Assembly (NCBI GenBank): GCA_903916665.1
Contig: CAIWXP010000181.1
Location: forward strand, 1-20,826
Direction of reading: 5' to 3'
Length of the DNA stretch: 20,826 nt
Source of the DNA: Candidatus Iainarchaeum sp.
Lineage (GTDB): Archaea > Iainarchaeota > Iainarchaeia > Iainarchaeales > 0-14-0-20-30-16
Part shown: positions 1 to 8,135 of the stretch, piece by piece
How the letters are laid out: each line of letters begins with the position of its first letter
Numbering within the stretch: the first letter of the stretch is position 1
Translations under genes and position numbers: made by a program
The notes under the pieces: generated by a model
The model's database searches: none
What the model saw: only the letters and a program-made list of their open reading frames with translations
Told to the model about the DNA's origin: nothing

Positions 1-37
1 AAAACAGATTTAAAAAAATAAAATTAGTATTAAAAAA

Positions 38-541
38 TTAAATACATCTTTTTGATAAAATAAAAACTACCTGCTGTCCTACCCTTTGTTTATCTAAATA
101 ACCTTCTCTATTCAATTTATTTAATCTTTGAGAAGCAGCATTTAAACCCTTATAGTTACAACTTTCCTGTATATCTTTTGCAGTAATCATTTTTTCCTGA
201 GCCATTTTCAAAATAGTTTTATCTGACTCTGTTAAAAATAAACCCTCTATCTCTTTTGGTTCATTGGACATATAATTTTCAAAAGACCCTGAGATTCCCC
301 TTCCAGATTCTAAAATACTTTGCATTCTTTCGTATTTTTTATTTAGATCTTCTATCAAATCATTGGTTCTTTTTCTTTCTGACATTAGCTTATAAATCAA
401 AAGACCTAAAACTTCAGGCCTATCACTCAAAGCATAGATCTGTTCTATAATCTCAGATTCGTTGGCCTCACTAAGCTGTTGCAACACCACTTGTAAGCCA
501 TTGCTTTGAGTATATTCATGATTTATTATGTTTTGTGTCAT
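38..541 (-). CDS. Putative winged-helix (MarR/TrmB-like) transcriptional regulator, 167 aa
   Basis: Complete ORF ATG..TAA. The C-terminal ~65 aa (LTESDKTILKMAQEKMITAKDIQESCNYKGLNAASQRLNKLNREGYLDKQRVGQQVVFIL) has the helix-turn-helix-plus-wing pattern of wHTH regulators. The N-terminal ~100 aa are helical and unrecognised. Confidence 0.55.
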   Translation of the reverse strand: MTQNIINHEYTQSNGLQVVLQQLSEANESEIIEQIYALSDRPEVLGLLIYKLMSERKRTNDLIEDLNKKYERMQSILESGRGISGSFENYMSNEPKEIEGLFLTESDKTILKMAQEKMITAKDIQESCNYKGLNAASQRLNKLNREGYLDKQRVGQQVVFILSKRCI

Positions 542-570
542 AAATGTCCCTTATTTATAACATCTGTTGT

Positions 571-597
571 AAGATTTTGAATACTTTGAAAAATCTT
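571..597. promoter_or_regulatory. Inverted repeat AAGATTTT-N11-AAAATCTT upstream of the regulator gene (candidate operator)
   Basis: Perfect 8-bp arms at 571-578 and 590-597, 30-56 nt upstream of the ATG at 541. Function is inferred only from position. Confidence 0.3.
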
Positions 598-733
598 ATC
601 AACTGTGTCATAACATATCATGACGAATTCATGACTTTAAATACTTTCGGTTAAAAAAACAAAACTAGAGACTAAAAAACATACTAAAACTTAACTTATA
701 GACCAATACAAGTTAAGAAATATTAAAAAGTCT

Positions 734-1021
734 TCATGACTCGTGTTTACTTAAAGAAATTTCAATTGCTGAAACTCTTACGTTACTACCATCTTCATTT
801 TTTAGTTCTTCAGTAGAAATTTTTATATCATCTACTTTTAATTCCTTAGCAAATTTATTCCTTGCCATCTCAGCAACATCTACTGCCGTGCTAATGGCCT
901 TTCCTCTTGCTTTAAGTAATATCTTATTTGAACCTTGATTCAATACAGTTATAACTGCTAATACGTAGCTCTTAGTATCCTTCTTGCCAATCAATATTGT
1001 ACTGTCTTTTGCTGGATCCAT
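734..1021 (-). CDS. albA: Alba (Sac10b family) DNA/RNA-binding chromatin protein, 95 aa
   Basis: ILIGKKDTKSYVLAVITVLNQGSNKILLKARGKAISTAVDVAEMARNKF...VRVSAIEISLSK matches the Alba family pattern across its whole length. I moved the start to the second ATG (1021) because GGAGGG (1027-1032, minus strand) lies 5 nt upstream of it. The track ORF begins at 1036. Confidence 0.93.
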   Translation of the reverse strand: MDPAKDSTILIGKKDTKSYVLAVITVLNQGSNKILLKARGKAISTAVDVAEMARNKFAKELKVDDIKISTEELKNEDGSNVRVSAIEISLSKHES

Positions 1022-1063
1022 GAAATCCCTCCACATTAGCAGATTTTATATAGTATTATATTT

Positions 1064-1081
1064 CATTAAGATTTATAAATG
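1064..1081 (-). promoter_or_regulatory. Core promoter of alba: 18-nt motif containing the palindromic TATA box TTTATAAA
   Basis: CATTAAGATTTATAAATG (plus strand). The TATA centre at ~1075 predicts a TSS near 1049 and a ~28-nt leader carrying the GGAGGG SD. The identical 18-mer recurs at 18753-18770. Confidence 0.5.
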
Positions 1082-1107
1082 CTTGGTATATTATGTAGCA
1101 TAAAGAA

Positions 1108-1117
1108 GTATATAAAT
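1108..1117 (+). promoter_or_regulatory. TATA-like element (GTATATAAAT) for the PAC2-family gene
   Basis: Centred ~60 nt upstream of the ATG at 1172. This would give a ~30-nt leader containing the SD AGGTGA at 1162-1167. Confidence 0.35.
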
Positions 1118-1171
1118 CAGAAAAACATTCTTACTCTATAATTTAAATTAAATATTATATTAGGTGATTTT

Positions 1172-1906
1172 ATGAATTCTCAAAAAACAACTAAAGTTGT
1201 AGACTATGTTAAAGATGATTTTAAAGGTTATTATTTAATTGAAGGCACACCATCTCCTGATTTAATTGCAACAATTGCAACTCGCTATTTAGTAGATACT
1301 TTAAAATTGGTTAAGGTCGCACATTTAGAAAGTCAAAGTATTATTCCAATTGTTAGAATTAATAATGGTGTTGCAGAACATCCAATTAGAATTTATGCAT
1401 CAAAAGAACATAAAATATTAGTTTTATTGGCAGATCAAATTATAGATAATAATCAACTATTTACTTTTTCAGAAACATTAATTGAATGGTGTGAATCAAA
1501 AAAAGTAAAAGGAATAATTTCACTGTTAGGAATGGTGCCAAATAATAATTTACAGGGTATCTATGGTGCAACAAATAAAAGTAGTGCTCATGATTTATTA
1601 AAAAAATATGATGTTAAAATTTTAGACAATGGATTAATTTCTGGAATTAGTGCAGAATTATTATTACTATCAAAAACCATTGATGCCCATATTTTATTGG
1701 CCAATCCTGGAAATTCAACAAATTTTGATAGTGCTGCAAAACTATTAGAACTAATATCAAAAATGTTTAATTTTGAAATTAATACTCTACCATTGGAACA
1801 GGAATCAAAAAAAATAATTGCAACATTAAAAGAAAAAATGCAACAAATGTATGATCAACAAAATATTTCTGGAAATAAAGATGACAAAGGAATGACATTT
1901 ATTTAA
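1172..1906 (+). CDS. PAC2-family protein (archaeal proteasome assembly chaperone homologue), 244 aa
   Basis: SD AGGTGA lies 4 nt upstream of the ATG. YYLIEGTPSPDLIATIATRYLVDTL...IIPIVRINNGV...IRIYASKEHKILVLLADQ...IEWCESKKVKGIISLLGM follows the PAC2 (PF09754-type) pattern common in archaea. Confidence 0.75.
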   Translation: MNSQKTTKVVDYVKDDFKGYYLIEGTPSPDLIATIATRYLVDTLKLVKVAHLESQSIIPIVRINNGVAEHPIRIYASKEHKILVLLADQIIDNNQLFTFSETLIEWCESKKVKGIISLLGMVPNNNLQGIYGATNKSSAHDLLKKYDVKILDNGLISGISAELLLLSKTIDAHILLANPGNSTNFDSAAKLLELISKMFNFEINTLPLEQESKKIIATLKEKMQQMYDQQNISGNKDDKGMTFI

Positions 1907-2197
1907 TTAAAATAATCTTCCTTGCCTTGGTAAAGTTCTCAAAAATGAATCAGCATCATAAACAAATTTTCCCCGCATTGCATTTTCTAAAATTTGTTCT
2001 GATTTATCATTACTTTCTGGACGCATATCAATTAATTGTTTTTCTAAAATAAGTTTTTGTTTTTCCAAACCAATTACTATTGCCAATGATTCTGTATAAC
2101 TCAATTTATCCTGTCCTTTTGTTTTATTACTTTTCAAAATTTCTAATAGATCTTCTAATCTAGGATATTTTCTTAAATATATTCTCGCTTTTTGCAA
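1907..2197 (-). CDS. Hypothetical small protein, 96 aa from a TTG start. Possibly the 3' part of a longer ORF interrupted by TAG.
   Basis: The open frame has no early ATG (the first internal Met is codon 58), so the track start is TTG. An in-frame ATG at 2317 is separated from it by one TAG at 2246-2248. No family recognised. Confidence 0.4.
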   Translation of the reverse strand: MQKARIYLRKYPRLEDLLEILKSNKTKGQDKLSYTESLAIVIGLEKQKLILEKQLIDMRPESNDKSEQILENAMRGKFVYDADSFLRTLPRQGRLF

Positions 2198-2338
2198 TTC
2201 TATTTGTAAAGGATATTTTTTAAGAGTTATTCTACTTTGTTTAGACTATTCTACAACTCGAGAATGCAAATCATCCAATCTTTTTAATTGTTCTGGTTTC
2301 TTTGGTTCAACAAACATACAACCACATTAAAATAATAT

Positions 2339-2839
2339 TTATGCTCTTGGACCACGATATCCTTTTGATCTTAATTCTTTTTTTCGTCTTAATGCAAATG
2401 CCGATGCACCTAAACCCAAACCAAATGCAACACCTGCAGGAATAGATACACTTCCAACTTGTTTTGTTCTTTCCCAATGAGCACCATTAAATTTATCTTT
2501 TAAATTATTATATTCTTTACTAGTTTGCGTTATACTAGCATCCAAATCATCCAATTGTTTTTCTAAAGTAGTTGAATTATCATCTACCTGTGATGTTTTA
2601 ATTTGAGATAAATTTGTTGCCAGTGATCTTTTTAATTTATCTAATTTTTCTTTTGTTAAATTAGAAGTATACAAAAAACTATTTAATCTAATTCTTACAA
2701 TTTGCAATTCTTCTTGAATCTTTGGTAATTCTTCACCAGGAAATAATTTTAACATATAAGGAGTAGGCAAACCACTAAAGACACCTAAAATCAAGCCCCA
2801 AAATAAATATTTTCTTAATGTTACTCTTTTTATTGCCAT
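2339..2839 (-). CDS. Membrane protein with TM helices at both ends and a central coiled coil, 166 aa
   Basis: Start moved to ATG 2839 (MAIKRVTLRKY...). The 29 upstream codons of the track ORF translate AT-rich terminator/promoter DNA. There is an N-terminal TM (LFWGLILGVFSGLPTPYML), a heptad-like K/L/Q/D-rich middle, and a C-terminal TM (VSIPAGVAFGLGLGASAFAL) followed by the basic tail RRKKELRSKGYRGPRA. A TATA box lies 26 nt upstream. Confidence 0.7.
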   Translation of the reverse strand: MAIKRVTLRKYLFWGLILGVFSGLPTPYMLKLFPGEELPKIQEELQIVRIRLNSFLYTSNLTKEKLDKLKRSLATNLSQIKTSQVDDNSTTLEKQLDDLDASITQTSKEYNNLKDKFNGAHWERTKQVGSVSIPAGVAFGLGLGASAFALRRKKELRSKGYRGPRA

Positions 2840-2860
2840 AATAAAATTGACTAAAAGAAC

Positions 2861-2869
2861 TATATATAT
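2861..2869 (-). promoter_or_regulatory. TATA box (TATATATAT) for a leaderless transcript of the 166-aa gene
   Basis: Centred at 2865, 26 nt from the ATG at 2839. This is the canonical archaeal TATA-to-TSS distance. Confidence 0.4.
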
Positions 2870-2887
2870 GTTTGTAATTGAAATTAT

Positions 2888-2924
2888 AAAAAAATAAAAA
2901 AAAGAGGTGTGAAAAAAATCACAC
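2888..2924 (-). terminator. Hairpin plus oligo-T terminator after the 263-aa membrane-protein gene
   Basis: The minus strand reads GTGTGA-TTTTTT-TCACAC (2924..2907), followed by CTC-TTTTTTTT-A-TTTTTTT (2906..2888). It starts 40 nt downstream of the stop at 2964. Confidence 0.5.
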
Positions 2925-2963
2925 ATTATTTATTTGCATTTTCTTTTGCAATTGTTAAAAGGC

Positions 2964-3755
2964 TTATTTCTCTAGTGCAAAATAATAGGCTATTACACAG
3001 AAATAAATTTGCATTGCAACACCAGCAAATAACATTACTATTTGTCCTAATATTGGAATCATACCTAATAACCCCAAAATAAAGGAAGCAACACATAATA
3101 CTAGACCCAACACAACTGCATAACCAACTAATCTCATAGAAGTGAATGGTTTTGTTAATGCTGTGCCTAATGCTGCACCAAATGATTCGCCATTGGCTAT
3201 TTTTCCTACCAATAATAGCATACCAGTCATGGCATAAATTACCAATACTATTGTTAATAATGCGCCAATAATCCATCCTAATATTGGAATCCATATTAAT
3301 ATTGCCCAAATTACAACCAATATTAATCCAATAATAATTAAATAAATTAAATGTGCTAAAAATAGCATAAATCCTTTACCAAATGCTGATCCTAAACCTT
3401 CAAAAAAATCCAATGATTTCTTTTTATCAGTTGCAGGAATTCTTGAAATTGTAAAACAATACATTACATCCATAAAGTACATTGAGAATAACATTAATAT
3501 TCCAAAAAATACAAAGAATCCTACCAATGCACCAACCATGCTTAATATATTTGATTGCATTGCTATAGGGTCTGCATTTGCACTAGCTGACATTACTAAA
3601 TTTAATAATGCTATACCACCAAATGCAAAAAATCCAATTATCAATGCGACTACAAGAAATATTCCATAGATTAATGCCAAAACAAATGTTGACCAATATA
3701 AATCTTTATGAAATATTTTTGAGAATACTTTTCCAAAATAATCTCCTAATTCCAT
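2964..3755 (-). CDS. Polytopic integral membrane protein (~6-7 TM), 263 aa, family unrecognised
   Basis: SD AAGGAGTG lies ~8 nt upstream of the ATG. There are repeated 20-25-aa hydrophobic runs separated by short polar loops. It starts 31 nt downstream of the giant 1,446-aa gene. Confidence 0.8.
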   Translation of the reverse strand: MELGDYFGKVFSKIFHKDLYWSTFVLALIYGIFLVVALIIGFFAFGGIALLNLVMSASANADPIAMQSNILSMVGALVGFFVFFGILMLFSMYFMDVMYCFTISRIPATDKKKSLDFFEGLGSAFGKGFMLFLAHLIYLIIIGLILVVIWAILIWIPILGWIIGALLTIVLVIYAMTGMLLLVGKIANGESFGAALGTALTKPFTSMRLVGYAVVLGLVLCVASFILGLLGMIPILGQIVMLFAGVAMQIYFCVIAYYFALEK

Positions 3756-3786
3756 TTATTCACACTCCTTAAAATTTTATGATATT

Positions 3787-6700
3787 TTATTCAAATTCTT
3801 TTTTATTAATAAAATATAAGAACATAATTGTTGCAAATAAACTTGCAAATATTAATAAATATTTTTCATTGCCTTCAAACAAAGGAATATCCCATGCGCC
3901 GGTTTTTCCGTAGGTTGGGGTATCGCTATATATTGGATTTCCGCCCGGTTTTGTTACTCCACCAACATCTACCCAACCATCCGTTGCAAATTTATCACTA
4001 AATGGTAACATTTGAGAATTTCCTACAGTCCATTCTCCTGTTGTTGGATCAAAATAAAATGAACCATTTCTTCCTTGGGCTAATAATAAATCTCCTTTCT
4101 TACCATCAAACGATAACATAGGTCTTCCATTTTCATTACTAAAATCCAATGAATGTGTTACTCCATCTGCAGTTGTAACTTTAAATCCTGTATCCGTTGC
4201 TTCTAAAGATTTAATTTCTGAATCTGAAATTACTTTTCCTGTTTTTTTATCCACAACTTTCATATATTGTTTACATTGACCATTGGTATCTTTTTTTGAG
4301 TAAAACATTATTTGATAATCCGGTGTTTCAAAATATTGGAATGGTCCTGCATTTTGCAATGCTTGATCAAATTTTTCACCAGCTGCTTTTGCAGTAGTAT
4401 CATTTTGATTTCCTAAAACACTTAAATTAAATGCTTGTTCTTCACAACCTGTTGTTGGATTTGTTACTGTCACAGGAGTTGCAGAAAACTTTTGAACATC
4501 TCTTCCATTTATTTGTGCAATTATTCTAATCCACAACATAAAATCTTTTTGTGCAGTTCTATAAATCATCATTCCTTTTTGGAAAGTTACTCCACTAAAT
4601 TCTCCCAAATCTTGTTTATTAATAGAACTAACTAAATGTACTTTTCCATCAATAATTAAACTTTCAGAAATATCCTGTCTTTCTGATGCACCACCCAACA
4701 TTAAAAATGATTTTCCATTTGGATTCATTGTACCTGCTAACTTTGAACTTATTTCTGTAACTAATCCAGTATATTCTATTGGAGTACTATAATTAAATCC
4801 TGTTTGTTCTTTACAACCTGACATAAAACATAGTGTTGTACTTGAATCAATTATTTTAAAATCTCCATTTGGTAATAATTCAAAATAATCTACACCTAAA
4901 TCTGCGGGAATAAATGTTGCACTATGAGGTATTTCGTAGCCTCCAAATATTCCATTTCTTGCAGTCATAGCTACTAATTCACTATCTAATATTACATTAC
5001 CATCAACACTAATTGTATTATTATTTTTATCAATGGCTATACAACTTGTTTTTGAATTTTGATCTTTACCACAGGCAACTATTAAACTTTTATCTTCTCC
5101 TGTTTGACCACACATTGCTCTTGGCCCTATCCAAGTTAAGAATAATGCGCCAGTATCATATTTTCCTGAGGCATCATTTTTTGTAGTATAATGTATTTGC
5201 ATAAATTCTTTTTGTTTATCATCAACCAAGCCCATTAATTTATCTTTAATTTCACTTATTGCACTATCTACTTTACTCAATGCAGTATCAGGGCTAGGTG
5301 CTGTTGTACCTGTTCCCCCCTTTGAAACTAAAGTATCTAAAACACCTTGTTTTTGTGGAGATGCATCTTCAAATTTATGAACATAATGTATATAATATCC
5401 TTCTTCACTATCTACACAATCTTGGAAATGAGTCATAACTTGATCATCAATTAAATAGGTTCCTAAACCACCTGCAATTACTCCCATAACTGGGAAAAAT
5501 GCTGCAGCAACATAAAATATTGTGTTATCAATTATACCCATAGCTAAACCAATTCTTGCAGAATTATTCTGGAAATAATTATCCAATACCGGCATGGTTC
5601 CAAACACAGATGATTTTATTTTATCAAAACAAGTTTCTTTTGCAGCAATTGCTTCTTCAATATTAATACTATCATTAATTTTATTTTGTGCACTTGAACT
5701 AGTTAAATTAAAATCTATATTTGTGTGATGTGTAAATACTGCCAAACTTAATCCTTGTGATGCTGTTTTTGCATCAGGCAATTCTAAAAGATAATTAGTT
5801 GTATCATTTTTTGCAATTGTTGTTATTGTAATTCTATTTCCTGGACTTATTTTTCTTGATGTTGTACAATCAGGACAATTATTCATTGTTCCCGTATAAT
5901 AAACTACATCTTTAATATCTGTTCTTGTTTTTACACCCATAAAATTTAATACATTTTTTTCTAATTCTTTTGTTGGGATTATTGCACCTATTGCTTTTCC
6001 TAAATTTGCAACAAATAATTCACCAAAAAAATCACCACTAGAAAATTCTTCATTTGCAAAAAAATCAATATATGCATCATTGTAGGTTGCACCAGTACCA
6101 TGCCAAATTGTAACATTACTCATATCTCTATTTCCAACAAAATATGCTTTAAACGGAGAATCATCACTTGTTTTTACCATCCAATATGTTTGTGGGCCCA
6201 ATAATTTCATTACCAATGCTTTTCCAGGATCACTTGATAATGTATATTTTTCATTGTAAATTAACCATTGCATAGCATTCCAATATTTTGCATCTACTAC
6301 TCCTTGATCTTTCATAGTTTGCAATAAATCCAATGATCTGCCTTCTAAAGCATCTGCACTACTTTGTCCTTGATCAATAAAAGCGGCTTGCATATCTTTA
6401 ATAAATTTTGCCTGTTCATCTGGACTCAATTGAACATGAGTTCCACTATCATAAACATTTACACTTGTTTGGCCACCTAATTTTCCTTTTATTGAAGTTG
6501 CTGTTGATCCATTTAACGCTTCATCAACACCATTTATACTAACAATAAATTCTTTACCTGGATTTGCTTTAACAAAATCTTCTAAATCCTTAACAACTAC
6601 TGCTTGGAACTTAGACTTATCAACAGTGCCCAATCTAAAAATATCCAATTCTCCTCTAAGTGCTCTTTCTCTTACTGCTTTTTCAGATAATTGAGTATAG

Positions 6701-8127
6701 GTTAAAACACCTTTTGCATCCTGTGCATAATATCCACTATATTTCAAACCTTTTTTTTCAAAAAATAAATCCATTACAGAAAATCCCATGGCTTGAGATG
6801 TTTTATCCTGTTTAATTAAAATATCTATTGCTGCAGATGTATCCGATGAATTTGTTAATGCTTTTAATTCTGCAGATAAAGATCTACCAAAAGAATTTTT
6901 AGTTTCTAAATATTTTACAAATGCTTGTCTTTTTGCAGGATCATCCAATCCTTTTTTTATTGCATCCCATGATTGTCTTAATTTATCTGCACTACTTTCA
7001 GAAAATGCTTTTTCCAAATCTTTTATTTTTGTTGCATCGGCACCTAAAATTCCTGCGCTTCTAACTTCATTTGATGCATTAATTGCTGCTTTTTCATAGC
7101 CCCCGCTTTTTAAAATATATTTTGAAGCTCCTAATTGTGCAGACAATCTATCGGTCATATCTACTAAACTTTTTGGTGCTAATTTTTTAAATGCTCTTTG
7201 ACTTAATCCATAAATACCAGGACCTGCTGTTGCAACTAATAATGATCCAGAATAGGTACTATTATAATATTTGTTAAAAAAAGAATAAATATAAATTTTA
7301 CATCTATCTGGTGCATCACTACCAGTACAAATATCTTGGAATTCAACATTAAAACCTTGGGCCATAATATGATTTTTAATTAATACATCTGATTTTACTC
7401 TTCCAGGAACATCGCTGTTAACATCAACAAATAAATTTGAATCTTTCAAATCATTGATATCCACATTTGGTCTTGGTTCTTTTAAATTAGATTGTGCTAA
7501 AAATGCATCTTCATTTTTCTTTGCAATTTCTGGTGCTATTTTCTTTGTAAAATCACTGGATAATGCATCTGAACTAAACAGACCCATAAATGTTCTTTTT
7601 GCCAATTGATAACCTGTTACTCCATTTGAAAATGCCAAAGCATTATCATAAACACTACAAATTTTTGGATCTCTTACAGTACCTTCACATCTACCTAAAC
7701 GCATTGTTGTATTTAAAACCATTCCAACAGCATAATCCCCTTTACAGGTTTCTGAAAGTTTAGTATCTTTTGCATCGGCCCCTTCAAAATTACATTTCAA
7801 ATTTACTGCAGCTCCCATGGGACTATTTTTTTCAATAACATTTATTGTTGGACAATTTTTATCTGCCCCCTTTGCAAGAGCATCTGCTGCTGCCGCATTT
7901 GCATCTTTGGCCAAAGCAGCATCTCCCGATCGCATTTCACTGGGTTTAATACCCTTAAATAAAAAATTATCCCAGATACTTTGTACCTGTTGTGGTGTCA
8001 AAGTAACTGTTCTACAGGCGCCCAATAGACAAAGATCAGATTTACAAACAGAGCTTGAATCAGAATATATAAATCCAAAACTTGCAAATAATATTAAAAA
8101 TAAAGGTAATAAATAAATAAATTTCAT
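3787..8127 (-). CDS. Giant secreted, C-terminally membrane-anchored, Cys-rich surface protein, 1,446 aa, no recognisable domain
   Basis: Start moved to ATG 8127 (MKFIYLLPLFLILFASFGFIYS, a signal peptide). The track start at 8175 would overlap the upstream gene. The protein has many paired Cys residues, many N-x-S/T sequons, and a C-terminal TM YLLIFASLFATIMFLYFI followed by NKKEFE. Confidence 0.85.
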   Translation of the reverse strand: MKFIYLLPLFLILFASFGFIYSDSSSVCKSDLCLLGACRTVTLTPQQVQSIWDNFLFKGIKPSEMRSGDAALAKDANAAAADALAKGADKNCPTINVIEKNSPMGAAVNLKCNFEGADAKDTKLSETCKGDYAVGMVLNTTMRLGRCEGTVRDPKICSVYDNALAFSNGVTGYQLAKRTFMGLFSSDALSSDFTKKIAPEIAKKNEDAFLAQSNLKEPRPNVDINDLKDSNLFVDVNSDVPGRVKSDVLIKNHIMAQGFNVEFQDICTGSDAPDRCKIYIYSFFNKYYNSTYSGSLLVATAGPGIYGLSQRAFKKLAPKSLVDMTDRLSAQLGASKYILKSGGYEKAAINASNEVRSAGILGADATKIKDLEKAFSESSADKLRQSWDAIKKGLDDPAKRQAFVKYLETKNSFGRSLSAELKALTNSSDTSAAIDILIKQDKTSQAMGFSVMDLFFEKKGLKYSGYYAQDAKGVLTYTQLSEKAVRERALRGELDIFRLGTVDKSKFQAVVVKDLEDFVKANPGKEFIVSINGVDEALNGSTATSIKGKLGGQTSVNVYDSGTHVQLSPDEQAKFIKDMQAAFIDQGQSSADALEGRSLDLLQTMKDQGVVDAKYWNAMQWLIYNEKYTLSSDPGKALVMKLLGPQTYWMVKTSDDSPFKAYFVGNRDMSNVTIWHGTGATYNDAYIDFFANEEFSSGDFFGELFVANLGKAIGAIIPTKELEKNVLNFMGVKTRTDIKDVVYYTGTMNNCPDCTTSRKISPGNRITITTIAKNDTTNYLLELPDAKTASQGLSLAVFTHHTNIDFNLTSSSAQNKINDSINIEEAIAAKETCFDKIKSSVFGTMPVLDNYFQNNSARIGLAMGIIDNTIFYVAAAFFPVMGVIAGGLGTYLIDDQVMTHFQDCVDSEEGYYIHYVHKFEDASPQKQGVLDTLVSKGGTGTTAPSPDTALSKVDSAISEIKDKLMGLVDDKQKEFMQIHYTTKNDASGKYDTGALFLTWIGPRAMCGQTGEDKSLIVACGKDQNSKTSCIAIDKNNNTISVDGNVILDSELVAMTARNGIFGGYEIPHSATFIPADLGVDYFELLPNGDFKIIDSSTTLCFMSGCKEQTGFNYSTPIEYTGLVTEISSKLAGTMNPNGKSFLMLGGASERQDISESLIIDGKVHLVSSINKQDLGEFSGVTFQKGMMIYRTAQKDFMLWIRIIAQINGRDVQKFSATPVTVTNPTTGCEEQAFNLSVLGNQNDTTAKAAGEKFDQALQNAGPFQYFETPDYQIMFYSKKDTNGQCKQYMKVVDKKTGKVISDSEIKSLEATDTGFKVTTADGVTHSLDFSNENGRPMLSFDGKKGDLLLAQGRNGSFYFDPTTGEWTVGNSQMLPFSDKFATDGWVDVGGVTKPGGNPIYSDTPTYGKTGAWDIPLFEGNEKYLLIFASLFATIMFLYFINKKEFE
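3808..3861 (-). other. C-terminal transmembrane anchor of the 1,446-aa protein
   Basis: An 18-residue hydrophobic run followed by the short charged tail NKKEFE and the stop. Confidence 0.7.
5449..5559 (-). other. Internal hydrophobic segment of the 1,446-aa protein
   Basis: ARIGLAMGIIDNTIFYVAAAFFPVMGVIAGGLGTYLI (track-ORF aa 873-909). It is flanked on both sides by Cys- and sequon-containing sequence that looks extracellular. Confidence 0.6.
8062..8127 (-). other. Signal peptide of the 1,446-aa protein
   Basis: MKFIYLLPLFLILFASFGFIYS-DSSS: a basic n-region, a hydrophobic core and a small-residue cleavage-like site. Confidence 0.7.
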
Positions 8128-8135
8128 GCCAATCA

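Noticed and set aside
256-450. 64-aa plus-strand ORF inside the wHTH regulator gene
   Set aside because: It is an antisense shadow of a better-supported minus-strand gene. The product is low-complexity F/L-rich, with no SD or TATA context.
1022-1036. Five-codon N-terminal extension of alba (MWRDF)
   Set aside because: These codons contain the GGAGGG Shine-Dalgarno site for the ATG at 1021, and Alba homologues start close to the MDPAKD-equivalent position.
1904-1909. Tail-to-tail genes with directly abutting stop codons (TAATTA), leaving zero intergenic bases
   Set aside because: This is real but unremarkable. It reflects the extreme compaction seen throughout the window and has no evident regulatory meaning.
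2246-2248. In-frame TAG read as pyrrolysine or a reassigned codon
   Set aside because: TAG is the stop of two confident genes in this window (8136-8138 and 9845-9847). No pyl genes are visible. A pseudogene, a sequencing error or a TTG start are simpler explanations.
2840-2926. 29-codon N-terminal extension of the 195-aa track ORF (MCDFFHTSFFYFFIISITNIYIVLLVNFI)
   Set aside because: The extension translates the hairpin/oligo-T terminator and the TATATATAT promoter. ATG 2839 sits 26 nt from that TATA box.
2926-3309. 127-aa minus-strand ORF overlapping the 263-aa membrane-protein gene in another frame
   Set aside because: It lies almost entirely within the well-supported 2964-3755 CDS, its composition is implausible (Cys/Asn/Ile-rich), and its 3' end runs through the terminator hairpin.
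3787-3900. C-terminus of the 1,446-aa protein as a PGF-CTERM/archaeosortase sorting signal
   Set aside because: The tail has a TM helix and a short charged end, but it lacks the PGF (or another recognised) tripeptide immediately before the helix. DIPLFEGNEKY is not a match I can defend. I treat it as a plain membrane anchor.
4435-8116. Plus-strand ORFs 4435-4635 and 7817-8116, antisense to the 1,446-aa gene
   Set aside because: They are short antisense frames inside a long, coherent minus-strand ORF, with no start-site signals. This is typical of AT-rich coding DNA, where stop codons are depleted on the opposite strand.
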